24,000 nucleotides of DNA from the NCBI RefSeq assembly GCF_055900655.2, contig NZ_CM148328.1, one strand, 5' to 3'. How positions within the stretch are numbered: the first letter of the stretch is position 1; each line of letters starts with the position of its first letter. The notes beneath the pieces are model-generated. The model did no database searches. It was given only the letters and a program-made list of their open reading frames with translations, and was not told where the DNA came from. Both the position numbers and the translations under genes were made by a program. Positions 10,375 to 20,024 of the stretch are shown here, piece by piece.

Positions 10375-11181
10375 ATGATCGAAACGCTGCTTGAAGTGCG
10401 TAATTTAAGTAAAACGTTCCGCTACCGGACCGGCTGGTTTCGTCGTCAGACCGTAGAAGCGGTAAAACCCTTGAGCTTTACGCTACGTGAAGGCCAGACA
10501 CTGGCGATTATTGGCGAGAATGGTTCGGGTAAATCCACGCTGGCAAAAATGCTGGCGGGAATGATAGAGCCTACCAGCGGCGAGTTATTGATTGACGATC
10601 ATCCACTGCATTTTGGCGATTATTCCTTCCGCAGTCAGCGTATTCGCATGATTTTTCAGGATCCTTCGACCTCGTTGAATCCCCGTCAACGTATCTCGCA
10701 AATTCTGGATTTTCCACTGCGCCTGAACACCGACCTGGAACCGGAACAGCGTCGCAAACAGATTATTGAAACGATGCGTATGGTTGGGCTGCTACCGGAT
10801 CACGTCAGTTACTATCCGCATATGTTGGCACCCGGACAAAAACAGCGTCTGGGTCTGGCGCGCGCGCTGATATTGCGCCCAAAAGTCATTATTGCCGATG
10901 AAGCCCTCGCTTCACTGGATATGTCGATGCGTTCGCAGTTGATTAATCTGATGCTGGAATTACAGGAAAAACAGGGCATTTCGTATATTTATGTTACCCA
11001 GCATATCGGAATGATGAAGCACATTAGCGACCAGGTGCTGGTGATGCATCAGGGCGAGGTTGTCGAGCGAGGCAGCACCGCGGATGTGCTGGCATCGCCG
11101 CTGCATGAACTCACCAAACGGCTGATTGCCGGGCACTTTGGCGAAGCATTGACAGCGGATGCGTGGCGTAAAGATCGCTAA
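10375..11181 (+). CDS. sapF: ABC transporter ATP-binding protein SapF
   Basis: 268 aa; Walker A GENGSGKS, signature LAPGQKQRLGLARAL, Walker B VIIADEAL. Confidence 0.97.
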   Translation: MIETLLEVRNLSKTFRYRTGWFRRQTVEAVKPLSFTLREGQTLAIIGENGSGKSTLAKMLAGMIEPTSGELLIDDHPLHFGDYSFRSQRIRMIFQDPSTSLNPRQRISQILDFPLRLNTDLEPEQRRKQIIETMRMVGLLPDHVSYYPHMLAPGQKQRLGLARALILRPKVIIADEALASLDMSMRSQLINLMLELQEKQGISYIYVTQHIGMMKHISDQVLVMHQGEVVERGSTADVLASPLHELTKRLIAGHFGEALTADAWRKDR

Positions 11182-11208
11182 TTTTCTGAATCCTCCTTCC
11201 AGATTATC

Positions 11209-11251
11209 CACCTCATTCTGACAAGAGATTAAATCTTGTCAGAATGAGGTG
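11209..11251. promoter_or_regulatory. Perfect 18-bp inverted repeat (possible sapF terminator and/or ycjD translation-control hairpin)
   Basis: CACCTCATTCTGACAAGA (11209-11226), loop GATTAAA, TCTTGTCAGAATGAGGTG (11234-11251); second arm contains the only candidate ribosome-binding sequence and the GTG (11249) start codon of ycjD. Confidence 0.75.
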
Positions 11252-11602
11252 ATGGATAAAATAAAATCAAATGCGCGTGATTTAAGACGCAATCTCACTT
11301 TGCAGGAACGAAAGCTCTGGCGATATCTTCGCAGCCGACGTTTTGGTGATTTCAAATTTCGCCGTCAACATCCGGTGGGGAGCTACATTCTCGATTTTGC
11401 TTGCTGCTCGGCGCGCGTAGTCGTTGAGCTGGATGGTGGGCAGCATGATTTGGCAGTTGCCTATGATACCAGGCGCACTAGCTGGCTTGAGTCGCAGAGC
11501 TGGACCGTGCTGCGTTTCTGGCATAACGAGATTGATTGTAATGAGGAGGCGGTGCTGGAGATTATTCTGCAGGAACTGAACCGCCGGTCACCCTCACCCT
11601 GA
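11249..11602 (+). CDS. ycjD: DUF559 / Vsr-like endonuclease-fold protein YcjD
   Basis: 117 aa; motifs LTLQERKLWRYLRSRRFGDFKFRRQHPVGSYILDFAC...VVELDGGQH...VLRFWHNEI typical of DUF559. Start either GTG 11249 or ATG 11252. Confidence 0.93.
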   Translation: MMDKIKSNARDLRRNLTLQERKLWRYLRSRRFGDFKFRRQHPVGSYILDFACCSARVVVELDGGQHDLAVAYDTRRTSWLESQSWTVLRFWHNEIDCNEEAVLEIILQELNRRSPSP

Positions 11603-11615
11603 AAGGGCGAGGGGG
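11591..11615. repeat. GC-rich repeat, left copy (boxC-like)
   Basis: CCCTCACCCTGAAAGGGCGAGGGGG; its reverse complement resembles the copy at 11767-11805. Confidence 0.6.
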
Positions 11616-11766
11616 CCGACCGAGCCGAATAGCTGTTGTGGTGAAAACATGGAGACAGTGCTGGAGAATATTCGGCAAGGTCTGAACCATCCCAGCCATC
11701 GCCATAAAAGGGTTAGGGGCTGTATGAGCCTGTTTGTTGCTGGGGTAACAATATTTGCACAATATG

Positions 11767-11805
11767 GTCCCCTCGCCCCTCTGGGGAGAGGGTTAGGGTA
11801 AGGGG
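11767..11805. repeat. GC-rich repeat, right copy in inverted orientation (boxC-like)
   Basis: GTCCCCTCGCCCCTCTGGGGAGAGGGTTAGGGTAAGGGG, a dispersed enterobacterial intergenic repeat type. Confidence 0.65.
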
Positions 11806-11969
11806 AAAAGCGCCCACCCTGCCGCAGCCTGCTCCGGTCGGACCTGGCAACTATAGCTACTCACAGCCAGGTTGATTATAATAACCGTTTATCTGTTCGT
11901 ACTGTTTACTAAAACGACGAATCGCCTGATTTTCAGGCACAACAAGCATCAACAATAAGGATTAAAGCT

Positions 11970-12758
11970 ATGGGTTTTCTTTCCGGTAAGCGCATTCTGG
12001 TAACCGGTGTTGCCAGCAAACTATCCATCGCCTACGGTATCGCTCAGGCGATGCACCGCGAAGGAGCTGAACTGGCATTCACCTACCAGAACGACAAACT
12101 GAAAGGCCGCGTAGAAGAATTTGCCGCTCAATTGGGTTCTGACATCGTTCTGCAGTGCGATGTTGCAGAAGATGCCAGCATCGACACCATGTTCGCTGAA
12201 CTGGGGAAAGTTTGGCCGAAATTTGACGGTTTCGTACACTCTATTGGTTTTGCACCTGGCGATCAGCTGGATGGTGACTATGTTAACGCCGTTACCCGTG
12301 AAGGCTTCAAAATTGCCCACGACATCAGCTCCTACAGCTTCGTTGCAATGGCAAAAGCTTGCCGCTCCATGCTGAATCCGGGTTCTGCCCTGCTGACCCT
12401 TTCCTACCTTGGCGCTGAGCGCGCTATCCCGAACTACAACGTTATGGGTCTGGCAAAAGCGTCTCTGGAAGCGAACGTGCGCTATATGGCGAACGCGATG
12501 GGTCCGGAAGGTGTGCGTGTTAACGCCATCTCTGCTGGTCCGATCCGTACTCTGGCGGCCTCCGGTATCAAAGACTTCCGCAAAATGCTGGCTCATTGCG
12601 AAGCCGTTACCCCGATTCGCCGTACCGTTACTATTGAAGATGTGGGTAACTCCGCGGCATTCCTGTGCTCCGATCTCTCTGCCGGTATCTCCGGTGAAGT
12701 GGTCCACGTTGACGGCGGTTTCAGCATCGCTGCAATGAACGAACTCGAATTGAAATAA
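11970..12758 (+). CDS. fabI: enoyl-[acyl-carrier-protein] reductase (NADH), triclosan target
   Basis: 262 aa; [35 protein letters not shown]...[17 protein letters not shown]...[30 protein letters not shown]; RBS AAGG upstream. Confidence 0.99.
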
Positions 12759-12778
12759 TCATTCTGTTGGTAAATATT

Positions 12779-12800
12779 GGGCGGCGTTCTGCCGCCCGTT
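12779..12800 (+). terminator. Hairpin downstream of fabI, probable terminator
   Basis: GGGCGGC-GTTCT-GCCGCCC stem-loop (12779-12797) followed by GTTAT. Confidence 0.65.
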
Positions 12801-12902
12801 ATCTCTGTTATACCTTTCTGATATTTGTTATCGCCGATCCGTCTTTCTCCCCTTCCCGCCTTGCGTCAGGATAACGATTTCCTTTACGACCAAGGAGCGC
12901 CC

Positions 12903-14030
12903 ATGGAACAACGCCACATCACCGGCAAAAGCCACTGGTATCATGAAACGCAATCCAGTACTGCGGAGTATGACGTTCTGCCTCTGGTCCCGGAAGCCGC
13001 AAAGGTCAGCGATCCCTTTCTGCTCGACGTGATCCTTGATGAAGAAACGCTGGCTCCCTTCCTTTCATGGCTGGTCCCTGCGCGCGTTCTTGCAGTGGAA
13101 TTGTTCCCTGACCAGCTTACCGTGACCCGTTCACAGACCTTCACCGCTTATGAACGCTTGTCTACGGCCCTGACGGTTGCTCAGGTTTGCGGCGTCCAGC
13201 GGTTATGTAACTACTATTCGGCGCGACTTACGCCGCTCCCCGGGCCTGATTCCTCCAGGGAAAGCAATCATAGGTTGGCACAAATCACGCAATATGCCCG
13301 CCAACTGGCTAGCTCGCCTTCTATTATCGACAACCGATCGCGCCAGCATCTGAATGACGTCGGTCTTACTGCCGGGGACTGTGTGATCATTAACCAAATC
13401 ATTGGTTTTATTGGCTTTCAGGCGCGGACCATTGCGACATTTCAGGCTTATCTCGGGCACCCGGTACGCTGGTTACCCGGTCTGGAAATACAAAACTACG
13501 CCGACGCGTCACTGTTTGCTGATGAATCAATACGCTGGCGAAGCAGCTATGAGGTGGAAAAACTACCTGAAGAGTACACAAAAAGTTCAACAGCAGAACT
13601 TTGCCAACTGGCCGAAACACTCTCTCTCCACCCTATTTCACTTTCCCTTCTCGAAAGGTTGTTAAACAGTACACGGGTTAATACACAGCCGGATAATAAG
13701 CTTGCGGCGTTGTTATGCGCGCGGATAAATGGCAGTCCTGCTTGTTTTGCCGCCTGTATGGATTCATCAAATGAATATAAAAAAATCAGCCCCCTTCTGC
13801 GCAAGGGCGAAAATGAAATTAACCAATGGGCTGACCGTCATTCTGTTGAGCACGCTACCGTTCAGGCGATACAATGGCTGACCCGAGCACCCGATCGCTT
13901 TAGCGCCGCCCAGTTCAGCCCTTTACTCGAACACGAAAAATCATCAACGCAGATTATTAATCTGCTGGTATGGAGCGGGCTGTGTGGCTGGATAAATCGC
14001 TTAAAAATCGCGTTGGGTGAGACATATTAA
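12903..14030 (+). CDS. yciW: putative oxidoreductase / carboxymuconolactone decarboxylase-like protein YciW
   Basis: ORF track gives 401 aa, but an AAGGAG sequence lies about 5 nt before the internal ATG at 12903 ([17 protein letters not shown]...), favouring 375 aa; located between fabI and rnb. Confidence 0.88.
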   Translation: MEQRHITGKSHWYHETQSSTAEYDVLPLVPEAAKVSDPFLLDVILDEETLAPFLSWLVPARVLAVELFPDQLTVTRSQTFTAYERLSTALTVAQVCGVQRLCNYYSARLTPLPGPDSSRESNHRLAQITQYARQLASSPSIIDNRSRQHLNDVGLTAGDCVIINQIIGFIGFQARTIATFQAYLGHPVRWLPGLEIQNYADASLFADESIRWRSSYEVEKLPEEYTKSSTAELCQLAETLSLHPISLSLLERLLNSTRVNTQPDNKLAALLCARINGSPACFAACMDSSNEYKKISPLLRKGENEINQWADRHSVEHATVQAIQWLTRAPDRFSAAQFSPLLEHEKSSTQIINLLVWSGLCGWINRLKIALGETY

Positions 14031-14097
14031 CCTTGCCGCGTCAGACAGATTCGCGTAAAACTGTCAGCCGCTCTAATGGCCACCAAAATAGACAATT

Positions 14098-16032
14098 ATG
14101 TTTCAGGACAACCCGCTGCTAGCGCAGCTTAAACAGCAACTGCATTCCCAGACGCCACGCGCTGAAGGGGTGGTAAAAGCCACAGAAAAAGGCTTTGGCT
14201 TCCTGGAAGTCGACGCGCAAAAAAGTTATTTCATTCCGCCGCCGCAGATGAAAAAAGTCATGCATGGCGACCGAATTATCGCGGTGATCCACAGTGAAAA
14301 AGAACGTGAATCCGCAGAGCCAGAAGAACTGATTGAACCGTTCCTGACTCGTTTCGTGGGTAAAGTTCAGGGCAAAAATGACCGTCTGGCCATCGTTCCT
14401 GATCATCCACTCTTAAAAGACGCCATTCCTTGCCGCGCAGCCCGTGGCCTGAACCACGAGTTTAAAGAAGGCGACTGGGCGGTTGCCGAAATGCGCCGTC
14501 ATCCGCTGAAAGGCGATCGTTCTTTCTATGCTGAACTGACACAATACATCACTTTTGGTGACGACCACTTTGTACCGTGGTGGGTTACCCTTGCGCGCCA
14601 TAATCTGGAAAAAGAAGCACCAGACGGCGTCGCTACCGAAATGCTCGATGAAGGTCTGGTTCGTGAAGATCTGACCGCGCTGGATTTTGTCACCATCGAC
14701 AGTGCCAGCACAGAAGATATGGATGACGCCCTTTTCGCTAAGGCGTTGCCGGATGACAAACTTCAGCTGATTGTGGCGATTGCCGATCCAACCGCGTGGA
14801 TTGCTGAAGGCAGCAAGCTGGACAAAGCCGCGAAAATTCGCGCATTCACCAACTATCTGCCTGGCTTCAACATCCCTATGCTGCCTCGCGAGCTTTCTGA
14901 CGATCTCTGCTCACTGCGCGCCAATGAAGTCCGCCCGGTACTGGCATGCCGCATGACGCTCTCCGCTGATGGCACCATTGAAGATAATATCGAATTCTTT
15001 GCCGCCACCATCGAATCCAAAGCAAAGCTGGTGTATGACCAGGTTTCTGACTGGCTGGAAAATACCGGTGACTGGCAGCCTGAAAGTGAAGCAATTGCCG
15101 AACAAGTCCGTTTGCTAGCGCAAATTTGCCAACGCCGCGGCGAGTGGCGTCATAATCACGCACTGGTGTTTAAAGATCGCCCGGATTACCGCTTTATTCT
15201 CGGTGAAAAAGGTGAAGTGCTGGATATCGTCGCCGAGCCTCGTCGCATTGCCAACCGTATCGTCGAAGAAGCGATGATTGCCGCTAACATTTGTGCGGCC
15301 CGCGTACTGCGCGATAAGCTCGGTTTTGGCATCTATAACGTGCATATGGGCTTTGATCCGGCGAATGCCGACGCGCTGGCAGCGTTGCTGAAAACGCACG
15401 GTCTGCATGTCGATGCCGAAGAAGTGCTCACGCTGGACGGTTTCTGCAAACTGCGTCGTGAACTGGACGCGCAACCAACTGGTTTCCTCGACAGCCGCAT
15501 TCGTCGCTTCCAGTCATTTGCTGAAATTAGCACTGAACCCGGTCCTCACTTTGGCCTCGGTCTGGAAGCATACGCCACCTGGACTTCGCCGATCCGTAAA
15601 TATGGCGACATGATCAACCACCGTCTGCTGAAAGCGGTTATCAAAGGCGAAACTGCGACGCGCCCACAGGATGAAATCACTGTCCAAATGGCCGAGCGTC
15701 GCCGTCTCAACCGGATGGCAGAACGTGATGTTGGCGACTGGTTATACGCACGCTTCCTGAAAGACAAAGCCGGGACCGACACCCGTTTCGCGGCGGAAAT
15801 TGTCGATATCAGCCGTGGCGGCATGCGTGTGCGTTTGGTTGATAACGGCGCTATCGCCTTTATTCCGGCACCTTTCTTACACGCTGTGCGCGATGAACTG
15901 GTTTGCAGCCAGGAAAACGGCACTGTACAAATTAAAGGTGAAACGGTTTACAAAGTGACTGACGTTATTGACGTCACTATTGCCGAAGTCCGCATGGAAA
16001 CCCGCAGCATTATTGCGCGCCCGGTCGCGTAA
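14098..16032 (+). CDS. rnb: exoribonuclease II (RNase II)
   Basis: 644 aa; [18 protein letters not shown] catalytic motif, RNB and S1 domains; [26 protein letters not shown] start. Confidence 0.98.
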   Translation: MFQDNPLLAQLKQQLHSQTPRAEGVVKATEKGFGFLEVDAQKSYFIPPPQMKKVMHGDRIIAVIHSEKERESAEPEELIEPFLTRFVGKVQGKNDRLAIVPDHPLLKDAIPCRAARGLNHEFKEGDWAVAEMRRHPLKGDRSFYAELTQYITFGDDHFVPWWVTLARHNLEKEAPDGVATEMLDEGLVREDLTALDFVTIDSASTEDMDDALFAKALPDDKLQLIVAIADPTAWIAEGSKLDKAAKIRAFTNYLPGFNIPMLPRELSDDLCSLRANEVRPVLACRMTLSADGTIEDNIEFFAATIESKAKLVYDQVSDWLENTGDWQPESEAIAEQVRLLAQICQRRGEWRHNHALVFKDRPDYRFILGEKGEVLDIVAEPRRIANRIVEEAMIAANICAARVLRDKLGFGIYNVHMGFDPANADALAALLKTHGLHVDAEEVLTLDGFCKLRRELDAQPTGFLDSRIRRFQSFAEISTEPGPHFGLGLEAYATWTSPIRKYGDMINHRLLKAVIKGETATRPQDEITVQMAERRRLNRMAERDVGDWLYARFLKDKAGTDTRFAAEIVDISRGGMRVRLVDNGAIAFIPAPFLHAVRDELVCSQENGTVQIKGETVYKVTDVIDVTIAEVRMETRSIIARPVA

Positions 16033-16042
16033 TCTCCTTTCA

Positions 16043-16073
16043 CGGCCCATTCCTCATGGATGGGCCGTTTATT
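16043..16073 (+). terminator. Probable rnb terminator
   Basis: CGGCCCAT (16043-16050) / ATGGGCCG (16060-16067) stem followed by TTTATTT. Confidence 0.8.
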
Positions 16074-16228
16074 TCCCCGCTCTACCTTCGTTATATCCAG
16101 GCAGATTTTTTAACTGACTTTCGTTTGAAAACTGGCGTTTTTCCAAAACTGGATTACAAATAAATATATAAAAAAAACAATGCGTTTAGCCGCCGTTAAT
16201 TTCATGTAAGTCATGTTGTTCCTTTTAT

Positions 16229-16251
16229 TTAACCGCGGACTCCGCAGTTAA
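16229..16251 (+). promoter_or_regulatory. Hairpin immediately upstream of the pdeR ribosome-binding site
   Basis: TTAACCGCGGACTCCGCAGTTAA: 9 pairs with one C.A mismatch and loop ACT; ends 2 nt before the GGAGGA sequence. Confidence 0.5.
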
Positions 16252-16267
16252 CCGGAGGATATGCATC

Positions 16268-18253
16268 ATGAAAACCGTTAGGGAGTCCACAACGTTGTAC
16301 AACTTTCTCGGATCGCACAATCCATACTGGCGGTTGACGGAAAGCAGCGATGTTTTGCGCTTTTCTACCACCGAAACCACAGAACCTGATCGTACTTTGC
16401 AGTTATCTGCCGAACAGGCTGCTCGCATCAGGGAAATGACGGTCATCACCTCCAGCCTGATGATGAGTCTGACCGTCGATGAGAGCGATCTTTCTGTGCA
16501 TCTGGTAGGACGAAAAATCAATAAACGGGAATGGGCTGGCAACGCGTCTGCATGGCATGACACACCGGCGGTTGCTCGTGATTTATCACACGGGCTTTCC
16601 TTTGCTGAGCAGGTAGTTTCTGAAGCACATTCCGCAATAGTCATTCTCGACAGCCGGGGGAATATTCAACGCTTCAATCGGTTATGTGAAGATTACACAG
16701 GGTTGAAAGAACACGACGTCATTGGGCAAAGCGTGTTTAAACTGTTTATGAGCCGTCGTGAAGCTGCGGCATCCAGGCGCAATAACCGTGTATTTTTTCG
16801 AAGCGGCAATGCATATGAAGTCGAACTGTGGATACCAACATGTAAAGGCCAGCGGCTGTTTCTGTTTCGCAATAAATTTGTCCACAGCGGCAGTGGCAAA
16901 AACGAGATTTTTTTAATCTGTTCCGGCACCGACATTACCGAAGAGCGCCGCGCTCAGGAGCGACTGCGTATTCTGGCAAATACCGACAGTATCACCGGAC
17001 TGCCGAATCGTAACGCAATGCAGGATTTAATCGATCACGCTATTAATCATGCAGATAACAATAAAGTTGGGGTTGTGTATCTTGATTTGGATAATTTCAA
17101 AAAGGTCAACGACGCCTATGGGCATTTGTTTGGTGACCAGTTATTACGCGACGTGTCATTGGCTATTTTAAGCTGTCTCGAACATGACCAGGTGTTGGCG
17201 CGTCCAGGTGGGGATGAGTTTCTGGTACTGGCATCCAACACCTCACAAAGCGCGCTGGAAGCAATGGCATCACGAATTTTGACCCGCTTACGGCTCCCCT
17301 TTCGCATTGGTTTAATTGAAGTTTATACCAGCTGTTCAGTAGGTATTGCACTCTCTCCCGAACATGGTTCAGACAGCACGGCTATTATTCGTCACGCCGA
17401 CACAGCAATGTACACAGCGAAGGAAGGCGGACGAGGACAATTTTGCGTTTTTACCCCAGAAATGAATCAACGGGTATTTGAATATCTCTGGCTGGATACC
17501 AACTTGCGTAAAGCACTGGAAAACGATCAGTTGGTTATTCACTATCAACCGAAAATCACCTGGCGTGGCGAAGTGCGCAGTCTGGAAGCACTAGTACGTT
17601 GGCAGTCACCTGAACGTGGGTTGATTCCACCGTTGGACTTCATTTCCTACGCCGAAGAGTCAGGGCTAATTGTGCCTTTAGGCCGTTGGGTGATTCTCGA
17701 TGTCGTACGCCAGGTGGCAAAGTGGCGGGATAAAGGCATAAACCTGCGAGTGGCGGTAAATATTTCTGCACGTCAGCTCGCCGATCAAACCATTTTCACC
17801 GCCCTGAAACAGGTTCTCCAGGAACTCAATTTTGAATACTGCCCTATAGATGTTGAACTGACAGAGAGTTGTCTGATTGAGAATGATGAACTGGCACTGT
17901 CTGTTATTCAACAATTTAGCCAACTAGGTGCGCAAGTGCATCTGGATGATTTTGGTACCGGCTACTCTTCACTTTCGCAACTGGCGCGCTTTCCGATCGA
18001 TGCCATCAAACTTGACCAGGTTTTTGTTCGAGATATTCACAAACAACCTGTCTCGCAGTCACTGGTCCGGGCGATCGTCGCTGTGGCCCAGGCATTGAAT
18101 CTTCAGGTGATCGCCGAAGGTGTAGAGAGTGCAAAGGAAGATGCTTTTTTAACCAAGAACGGGATCAATGAGCGGCAAGGATTTTTGTTTGCCAAACCGA
18201 TGCCCGCCGTCGCCTTCGAACGCTGGTATAAACGCTATCTGAAGCGCGCATAA
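16268..18253 (+). CDS. pdeR: cyclic-di-GMP phosphodiesterase PdeR (Gmr), PAS-GGDEF-EAL
   Basis: 661 aa; PAS region, RPGGDEFLV GGDEF motif, EALVRWQSP EAL motif; GGAGGA RBS. Confidence 0.97.
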   Translation: MKTVRESTTLYNFLGSHNPYWRLTESSDVLRFSTTETTEPDRTLQLSAEQAARIREMTVITSSLMMSLTVDESDLSVHLVGRKINKREWAGNASAWHDTPAVARDLSHGLSFAEQVVSEAHSAIVILDSRGNIQRFNRLCEDYTGLKEHDVIGQSVFKLFMSRREAAASRRNNRVFFRSGNAYEVELWIPTCKGQRLFLFRNKFVHSGSGKNEIFLICSGTDITEERRAQERLRILANTDSITGLPNRNAMQDLIDHAINHADNNKVGVVYLDLDNFKKVNDAYGHLFGDQLLRDVSLAILSCLEHDQVLARPGGDEFLVLASNTSQSALEAMASRILTRLRLPFRIGLIEVYTSCSVGIALSPEHGSDSTAIIRHADTAMYTAKEGGRGQFCVFTPEMNQRVFEYLWLDTNLRKALENDQLVIHYQPKITWRGEVRSLEALVRWQSPERGLIPPLDFISYAEESGLIVPLGRWVILDVVRQVAKWRDKGINLRVAVNISARQLADQTIFTALKQVLQELNFEYCPIDVELTESCLIENDELALSVIQQFSQLGAQVHLDDFGTGYSSLSQLARFPIDAIKLDQVFVRDIHKQPVSQSLVRAIVAVAQALNLQVIAEGVESAKEDAFLTKNGINERQGFLFAKPMPAVAFERWYKRYLKRA

Positions 18254-18399
18254 GTAGATGAATATATATACTTAGCGCTATATCCCGTCATTATATATCG
18301 TATTCCTGGATGATAATTAGCCGTTGCTGTTAAACACTTCTCTTTTAGCGGCAATTTTTGCATTATTCATTTTCCACTTTTGCTATAAGGATGTCCTTG

Positions 18400-18573
18400 A
18401 TGTCTGAATTTGATGCCCAGCGCGTTGCCGAACGTATTGATATTGTGTTAGATATCCTTGTGGCAGGCGATTACCACTCTGCGATCCATAATCTCGAGAT
18501 ACTTAAAGCAGAACTCTTGCGCCAGGTTGCTGAATCTACGCCAGACATCCCGAAGGCACCGTGGGAGATTTAA
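18400..18573 (+). CDS. yciZ: small conserved protein YciZ (UPF0509-type)
   Basis: [57 protein letters not shown], 57 aa; third Met of the tracked ORF chosen as start by the known protein form. Confidence 0.88.
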
Positions 18574-18662
18574 CAATCGTGCCTTCAGGTTTTCCTATTT
18601 GAGGATGCCCGGCGCGTCAGTATTTTTTTATTTAGTATTATAACGTTATAAGAATTACAGCG

Positions 18663-19412
18663 ATGAATTCCCGACAACAAACTATTCTACAGATGGTCAT
18701 TGACCAGGGTCAGGTTAGCGTAACCGATCTGGCAAAAGCCACTGGAGTTTCTGAAGTTACCATTCGCCAGGATCTCAACACCCTCGAAAAACTGAGTTAC
18801 CTCCGCCGTGCACATGGCTTTGCAGTTTCGCTTGATAGTGATGACGTCGAAACCCGTATGATGAGCAACTATACGCTGAAGCGTGAACTCGCCGAGTTTG
18901 CCGCGTCACTGGTTCAACCGGGCGAAACCATCTTTATCGAAAATGGTAGCAGCAATGCCCTGCTCGCCCGGACTCTGGGCGAACAGAAGAAAAATGTCAC
19001 TATCATCACAGTCAGCAGCTACATTGCGCATTTGCTGAAAGACGCGCCTTGTGAAGTCATTTTGCTCGGTGGCGTGTACCAGAAAAAAAGCGAAAGTATG
19101 GTTGGCCCTTTGACACGCCAGTGCATCCAGCAGGTACATTTCAGCAAAGCATTTATTGGTATTGATGGCTGGCAACCTGAAACTGGATTCACCGGTCGCG
19201 ATATGATGCGTACCGATGTGGTCAATGCCGTGCTGGAAAAAGAGTGCGAAGCGATAGTCCTGACTGACAGCTCGAAATTTGGTGCTGTACATTCATACTC
19301 CATCGGTCCCGTTGAGCGATTCAATCGCGTGATTACCGATTCGAAAATACGCGCCAGCGATCTGATGCATCTTGAGCACAGTAAACTCACCGTTCACGTC
19401 GTTGACATTTAA
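18663..19412 (+). CDS. yciT: DeoR-family HTH transcriptional regulator YciT
   Basis: 249 aa; N-terminal DeoR HTH ([49 protein letters not shown]) and sugar-phosphate sensor-like domain. Confidence 0.96.
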   Translation: MNSRQQTILQMVIDQGQVSVTDLAKATGVSEVTIRQDLNTLEKLSYLRRAHGFAVSLDSDDVETRMMSNYTLKRELAEFAASLVQPGETIFIENGSSNALLARTLGEQKKNVTIITVSSYIAHLLKDAPCEVILLGGVYQKKSESMVGPLTRQCIQQVHFSKAFIGIDGWQPETGFTGRDMMRTDVVNAVLEKECEAIVLTDSSKFGAVHSYSIGPVERFNRVITDSKIRASDLMHLEHSKLTVHVVDI

Positions 19413-19428
19413 CCATTTCCCTTCTCTA

Positions 19429-19458
19429 CGGATGATTTGCAGTTTGGCAAATCATCCG
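19429..19458 (+). terminator. Stem-loop downstream of yciT
   Basis: CGGATGATTTGC-AGTTTG-GCAAATCATCCG, perfect 12-bp stem about 17 nt after the yciT stop; lacks a clear U-tract. Confidence 0.55.
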
Positions 19459-19680
19459 CTCTAAGATGATTCCTGGTTGATAATTAAGACTATTTACCTG
19501 TTATTAACACTCTCAAGATATAAAATTATTATCAGCGATATAACAGGAAGTCATTATCACCTGCGTGATATAACCCTGCGCGCGAGCAGATTTCACGGAA
19601 TAATTTCACCAGGCTTATTCTTAGCTATTATAGTTATAGAGAGCTTACTTCCGTGAATCATAAATTCAGGAGAGAGTATT

Positions 19681-19899
19681 ATGTTTGTAACGAGCAAAAA
19701 AATGACCGCGGCTGTTCTGGCAATTACCCTGGCAATGTCTCTGAGTGCCTGTTCTAACTGGTCTAAACGGGACCGCAACACCGCAATCGGCGCGGGTGCA
19801 GGGGCATTAGGCGGTGCAGTACTGACCGATGGCAGTACGTTGGGTACATTAGGTGGTGCAGCTGTCGGTGGTGTTATTGGTCACCAGGTCGGTAAATAA
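19681..19899 (+). CDS. osmB: osmotically inducible lipoprotein OsmB
   Basis: 72 aa; lipobox LSLSAC, glycine-zipper region (GAGAGALGGAVLTDGSTLGTLGGAAVGGVIGHQVGK). Confidence 0.98.
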   Translation: MFVTSKKMTAAVLAITLAMSLSACSNWSKRDRNTAIGAGAGALGGAVLTDGSTLGTLGGAAVGGVIGHQVGK

Positions 19900-19993
19900 T
19901 CGTAAATAAATGTCGATTATCGACTCGCAATTATAATACGCTTGATTCTGTTCAGTACGAAATAACTGAATAATACACACAGTAAAATATTCG

Positions 19994-20021
19994 AAAGCCA
20001 CGGATATATCCGTGGCTTTTT
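19994..20021. terminator. Rho-independent terminator between convergent osmB and yciH
   Basis: AAAGCCACGGATATATCCGTGGCTTTTT palindrome with T-run on + strand. Confidence 0.88.
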
Positions 20022-20024
20022 ATG

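Noticed and set aside
12021-12707. 228 aa ORF on the reverse strand fully inside fabI
   Set aside because: Antisense shadow of a strongly codon-biased essential gene; its composition ([20 protein letters not shown]...) shows no domain-like pattern and there is no recognisable ribosome-binding site.
14119-15923. Many shadow ORFs inside rnb (62-125 aa)
   Set aside because: All overlap the confidently identified RNase II coding sequence in other frames.
5733-19642. Shared 15-mer TTATAGTTATAGAGA at 5733-5747 (upstream of sapA) and 19628-19642 (upstream of osmB)
   Set aside because: AT-rich and short; may reflect similar -10-like promoter sequence but two copies alone do not support a common regulator.
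19593-19781. 62 aa reverse ORF upstream of and overlapping osmB
   Set aside because: Covers the osmB promoter/leader and signal peptide region; likely a chance ORF.
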